Of a stretch of 64,000 nucleotides of DNA, positions 58,250 through 64,000 are shown piece after piece; the first letter of the stretch is position 1, and every line of letters starts with the position of its first letter. The translations under genes were made by a program, and so were the position numbers. The DNA is from Kudoa neothunni (Eukaryota > Animalia > Cnidaria), in the NCBI GenBank assembly GCA_964304625.1, contig OZ199838.1, forward strand, positions 16,537,469-16,601,468, written 5' to 3'. The notes below the pieces were generated by a model, which worked only from the letters and a program-made list of their open reading frames with translations, was not told the DNA's origin and did no database searches.

Positions 58250-59774
58250 TATTGGAATTTGTAATTTTACATCCATGAGTTAAAATTAAGTTATGATTGA
58301 ATTAAGAACCTTAAATTATTGGAATTATAATACGTCCTTCTGGAAAGATAAAATGTTTTAAAGTCAACTTTTGAATATTTATTTCGTATTTTTTCCTCAT
58401 ACAGTGACAGTGGGTGACGGATAATACGCACGTTTGCTTTTCCGCATAGAATTTGCTGCTTGTCGAACACATTACTTAAGTTTGCGTTTACAAACTTAAT
58501 TTAGTTGACTTTTTACATCTGAAAAATAATTTTTAGCCAAAAATTAAATATTGGAATTTAACGGCATTCTTGGGTAATACATATCTTTTTCTCTGAAATC
58601 AATCTTAAAATCGCGATCAGATATGTATTGCATCCGGCCCGTGTGTATCTCGACCAGGTTTAATGAAGAAATGTGCGAATTTCTGATTTGATTATTAAAT
58701 AATGCAACTAGGATATTATTTAAGTGCGAGACTAATGTTAATGAAGGTACATATATCATGTATCATACGGCCGTGTTAATTTATTTTAATAATATATGAT
58801 AAATAAAACATTGACGTATATTTTAATATGAGTGTGATTCTCCATTAAACGCGATAATGACTGTTCAATGGCCTGTGAAGCGCTTTTTAAATTCAATGTA
58901 ATGTTTGCAATCGAAACACAATCTCGGGTAAAAAGTATATCGAAAGAACACTTATAATCTTGAGCATAGGTTAATAAATGTAAATTTATTCAAAAAATCA
59001 TCGCTATCAACAATTAAGCTCCGCTAAGCCGAACCGCGTAGCCCAATAACCCAAAAGAAATCTTTAGAGAAGGAGACACACCATCTTAACTTTCAAAGCA
59101 TGTAAAAAGCGATTACAGTAATGGATCGGTTGTACGTAATCCCCTTGGGGATGAGGAAATTGTACGTACTTATTTGCAGAAGCACGCAAAAAATATTAAA
59201 ACACATAACTAGCAATAACTTAAATATTAATGAAAAGCCAATTATTTTTTTTAATTACGACTTAAAATGAATAAACATCTGGAATAGAATCAGACGTTAA
59301 TTCCCATTTTTTTGAATCATGATGTTTAAAATAGTTGCCAAACCCTTCTAAATAAAATAAGGCCACTTCTGAAAGGCTCAATTTTTGATCAACAAAATCA
59401 TCACTCGTTTCTGGATTATTGGGAGGGACTGTCATTGCGACATTGATATCTCTATGAATTAGAGAGGACATCATTATAAACCATTTTACTATGTATCTAC
59501 AACATGTGTCTATGTTTATCCTTCATTTTTCAACTAGCTACCACATTTATGTAACTATAAAAACTTATTAATTGTTTAATCGTGATAAAAAAGGAAGAAA
59601 ACTTAATTTAATCACGCGGTCAAGGCAAATAGGTACGTACGACCAATCCTCACATGACTTTTTATTTTTTGCTTTTTTCGTACTAATTATGCTTATAAAT
59701 TATTTAAAGCGAGTAATAATAACATTAAATCATTTTAAATTCGAGAAATATTTTAATATGTAAAATAACTAATG

Positions 59775-60092
59775 TGCGTATGAGGGGCCCATTATTGTAA
59801 TCGATAACGTTGAAGACGGTTCAACAATATGAACAGATAGAATAATTCAGGAAATTTGGATTATTCTCATGGAACCGTTATCCACAAAAGAAAGTTTCTT
59901 TCGAGCGATGGGGTTCACACAAACAAAATAGAGGCGACTTGGGGTGCTTTTAAAAGGAAGTATAGAAACATCACAAATAAGAACTCGGGGAATTTTCCTG
60001 GGTATATAACTGATTTTCTGTTTAGAAAAAAGGTTTCTGAAATGGAAATTAGTACTCTATTTGTATATATTTTGACGGTTTATTCGATTTAA
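59775..60092 (+). mobile_element. Merlin (IS1016/IS1595-like) transposase C-terminal remnant
   Basis: IIVIDNVEDGSTI*TD...HGTVIHKRKFLSSDGVHTNKIEATWGAFKRK...YITDFLFRKK; HTNxIExxW is the family signature. Confidence 0.85.
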
Positions 60093-61925
60093 AAATAATA
60101 TGCGATATTTACCAATGTTTGTTTTTTCCCGCCGAAGTTTGCACAGATACTGTAATTTAGCTGAATTTTCTGTTTGATTACATCAATTAACAGGTTAAAA
60201 AGTATCTGAATATTTATTGATGTTTATTTACTTAGGAGCGATTGTCAATTAGAATGAACTTTCACTCATCATATACAAAGAAAATCTGTTAATTATGATA
60301 TAGAATGTTCTAAAAATTTTACATATTCCTGCTTGGAATAATTTCAAGACAAATAAAGCTATGAACGTCATATTTACAAAAGATGTAGCATTTCCCATAA
60401 AATTTTAAGCATAACCAAATTATTTAATATGTATATTCACTTTTTAAGCGTTATAGATATACTATAAGTAAAAAGACTTATGATAATTTGAAATAAAAAA
60501 CATAATTTGAGATTATAAGTTGTTGCCACGTTGGAATAATTTTGGTCTCTATACACATTCTAAAACTACGTAAGATGTGTGTAGAGTTTTCAAATAATTA
60601 AATTTTTGTGATAACTTCTTAAATGAAAATTTCTTTTTATCAAGTATGTCGATTGAGATTGAAACTATATTCGACTTTTCGATAAGTCGAAATCATTTTT
60701 TGATTTTCCTCAAATTGATTGAAAACCAGCTGGCATAACCAATTCAATAAGTTTCCATATTTGATTAGAAAACTTTTTAAATAGTGTTTAAGTTCTTAGT
60801 GACCTAATTATTCCATACCCCCGAAACTTAAGGTTAATATTTATATCAATATATTATTTTCTATTCGCTAAAAATAGTTCATTATATACGATATAAAAGC
60901 TGCATGAAAATATGCGTCACCGCACTCTATACGTAATTTAAGAATTTATATTCACGATCACTTTTGCACAAAATACAGTCCCCTCTCACTACGTGCCATG
61001 TAAATTAATAAGAAATTATTGTTCTATTAGATCTAACCGATATTTTCACTTAGTTTTCGTTAATCTAAGAATAGTTCAATAAAAAGAAATTTTTTAGGGC
61101 AATCAAACAATACCTTTATTTTTAAAAGGATGCACTCCTTCGAGAAAACCAGTTGTTATTCAAGAATTAGTGCAATTTTCCAAACCAAAACACCTTTACA
61201 TTTTAGATTTAATCGTATTTTGATATTAAATTTGCATACTTTGGAACCATTATGTATTTTTGCCAAAAAGAAAGGTTTCATTTATTTAAAAATCGGGAAA
61301 TTTTGTTAAAATAATGAATACGTAAGTTACCACTCACCGATTTTTACAATATCATTGGCATCATTATAAAATTGCAAAGAAGGAGTAACAATTAATATTT
61401 ATATTTCGGGGGCATCTTAGGTTGATATTATTTTTTTTATCGTTTGTAGACTAATCATAAATTTTATCACTAGAAGGATTAATTTTTATCGTGAAATTTT
61501 GAGAGGAACTGAAATTTTTATTGAAGTTACTTAATGAATTTGTTTAATAAATAAATAAACTTTAATCGTTAATTAAATTGCTCATAAAATTAATTTCATT
61601 GTATTTTTGGTTAATAATGTGTAAAATAAACCTAAAAATACCCATTAATTTCCTTCAATACCTTTATTTATATTTGAATGGAAAGTGCGCGCATAATTTT
61701 GTTTTTCTAAATCATCACATTGCAAAAATAATGACAAGCTTTAAAATGCATAAATTAAAATAGAAAAATAAAATTTACAGGGTTTAAAATGCTAATTAGA
61801 TTAAATCTTACATAGAATTCATCCATTCAAAAATAAAACTAAACGTTAAAATTTTCCATCACAATGCCAGACAAAGCTGGGCATTAACGCTGGTAGTTGT
61901 ATAAGATTGTTTCATATAGTAGATA

Positions 61926-63470
61926 TTAGTTATTGGGTACGGCCGCTCCATCCAAACCAGTTAGTCTGCTCTGCTCTTCTTCTTCTTCTTCCTCTTCTCC
62001 TTCTCCTTCTTCTGCACTTTGAGTGTTCTCATTAGTATCTTCTGTGGTAGGCTCTGTGTCGAGAGGAGTTGATTCAGCTTCGGAATCAGTTTCAGAAGCA
62101 GTAGTAGGAGTTTCGGTTATAGGTTCCGGGGTAGTTGTTGGTTCGGGTAAATTAACTTCATTTATACCTTCGGTACAAACATAATTGCAAAGTGCTTCAC
62201 TATCAAAGTTGTTCGCATTGCCGCCAATTCCAGTATATGCAAATCTTTTACAAACCTTTTCTGCATTATCATAATACCATCTCGGCAATGTGCTTGCTTC
62301 ATTCCCATTACCAGGTTCTTTTGGTTCGCTGCATACAGGGGGTATATCACGAAAATTGGCTTCTGTTATATCGTCGTTAACTTCAAAAATTAAATAATAT
62401 AATTTTAAGTAATAAAAGAAACATACGAGCAGGACAGGCACTAATACATTCGCCGGCTGTATCGAAATAATTTCTGGTTGAATCTACTTCAGTATCAACA
62501 GCCAACATTTGCATACAGAATTGATTTTTAAAATTATAGTAATATTTGGTTGTTATATGCCCTTCCTTTGTTGGTTGGTATGGGTCAGATTTGCACCTTT
62601 TAATTGCTGCATCATCAACTAAATTTACATATTTTTATTATATATTTTAATTGTTAGAATTACCGTGACACTTCTTTTGGCATTGAGAAAATGTCTCGAA
62701 GACTCCACGTAGTCCTTCTTTTTTGTCAACGATCGCATGTACACATGTGGATTTTTCCTTGTCACGTACGATTTTGATTTCTGTTGCAGTAGCCGTATTT
62801 GATGTTAAAATAGCTCCTACTTCGCAGTCAACCTTGTTGGGTATTGCGTGGGGTGCGTCAGTTGCTAAATTCAATTAAAAACAATAAAAATTAATATTAC
62901 ATTACTTATGCACATGTCTTTACATGTAGCGTCACTTGGAAACGAGAACTTTGGTTCGTTACACCCCTTATAATTATATGCTTTGCATTCTCCTGTACCA
63001 CTAGCAGTAGGTCTCTTGAAATAATACCTAGTGACGTGAGTTTTTTCACAAACGTTGAAGTCGTTGTTCCCATGTTCCGTAAGGTCGCCTGTAGAGGTGC
63101 TTGTTGCTGTGCAAACATCAACTCGGCTCGCGTAGTCATACTCAACTAAATTTTTCTTGAAATAGAGAATAATAAGAAAAAGTACATTCTTTGTTGCATT
63201 CTTCTAGTGACGCAAAATTATTGAAGCTAGTCCCACCAGCTCCTTTGTACTCAAATTTTTTGCATGTAGCTGTCCTTGTATCAAGATAATATCTTATAGG
63301 ATATAATCTTAATGGTATTCTATGGTTTCTTTCAAGACTAAAATCGTATTTTGTACTTTCTAAAATTAATGAGAATGAGGTTTTTATAATGTTGAATTAC
63401 TAGTGAGAGAGGAAGAATGAAATGTGAAAGTTGAAATAATATAGATGAAAACTGTTAAGTAAAACTTCAT
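61926..63470 (-). CDS. Secreted multi-Kunitz/BPTI-like protein (5 domains, 6 exons) with T/P/E stalk and poly-Glu tail
   Basis: Signal peptide MKFYLTVFIYIISTFTFHSSSLT; one domain per exon with phase-1 introns. Motifs RYYLDTRTATCKKFEYKGAGG..NNFASLEEC, RYYFKR..CKAYNYKGC..FPSDATCKDMC and RWYYDNAEKVCKRFAYTGIGGNANNFDSEALCNYVC. Confidence 0.88.
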
Positions 63471-64000
63471 ATTCAGGCTAACTGAACTTCTTAATAGAAA
63501 AGATGGATTATAGTTGTATTAATTCGTGAATAATTTAATTCATAATTTAGCCCTTAATCATTTTCGCACTATTATTATCATCAATGAATCGTGTAAACCT
63601 TTCATTGTTAAAAAACAATAATGAATAAGATTGAAAATTTTTCAGCAGTAGTTTAGGCATAAGAAAATCCACATGACAGATCGAATTAATTTTATTTATT
63701 ACTGGAAATTAAAATTATACAAATTATCAATTTTATTTCATATTTTTAGTTGATAATCTTGAATTAATATATCGTAAAAAATAAATTTATATAAACTATT
63801 AAAAGATCATGGATAGGTTTGCATTAAGAGGAATCCATGTTTATACAATAATTCAAGCGTTTCTGTGTTGTATCTAAGATCGCATATAAAAGTGATAGTC
63901 TAAAATATTAACATCTCAAAAATATAAATAATTCGGTAATCATGGAGCGTGTGGCTCCAAAATTAAACACAGTTTCATATGTTCCGCATTCTCAATTTCA

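Noticed and set aside
61820-61940. Extra TM/GPI exon for the Kunitz protein
   Set aside because: The candidate intron gtaccc...ctaccag adds only one residue before a stop; no hydrophobic anchor was found.

Overview
Very AT-rich, transposon-littered animal DNA with short (about 40-110 nt) GT-AG introns. The compact gene style plus a DEAF1 gene suggests a reduced parasite such as a myxozoan; this is an inference, not a database result. Spliced genes reconstructed by eye: RAB5 (3596-4622, several 1-nt indels), SRP54 (28932-30943), PRMT1 (33810-35239), DEAF1 (43107-44434), a divergent synaptogyrin-like MARVEL protein (about 52023-52744, minus) and a secreted five-domain non-canonical Kunitz protein with an acidic tail (61926-63470, minus). 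The most striking element is a ~3.7 kb tandem duplication (~10186-13916 and ~21030-24766) of an unrecognised ~850-aa type I membrane protein. It has a signal peptide, 6-7 Cys-stapled FN3-like modules separated by phase-1 introns, a mucin-like insert, two micro-exons, one TM helix and a 5-residue tail. The copies are near-identical in some introns, the 3' flank, the TM and one ~290-bp coding block, but differ strongly in loops of the membrane-distal modules. This is the pattern expected of a variant surface antigen or recognition family under diversifying selection with patchwork gene conversion. The remaining sequence is mostly decayed DNA transposons and MITEs (hAT, pogo/Tigger, piggyBac, Merlin, MULE). 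The left ~13 kb carries many single-base indels that look like consensus errors.
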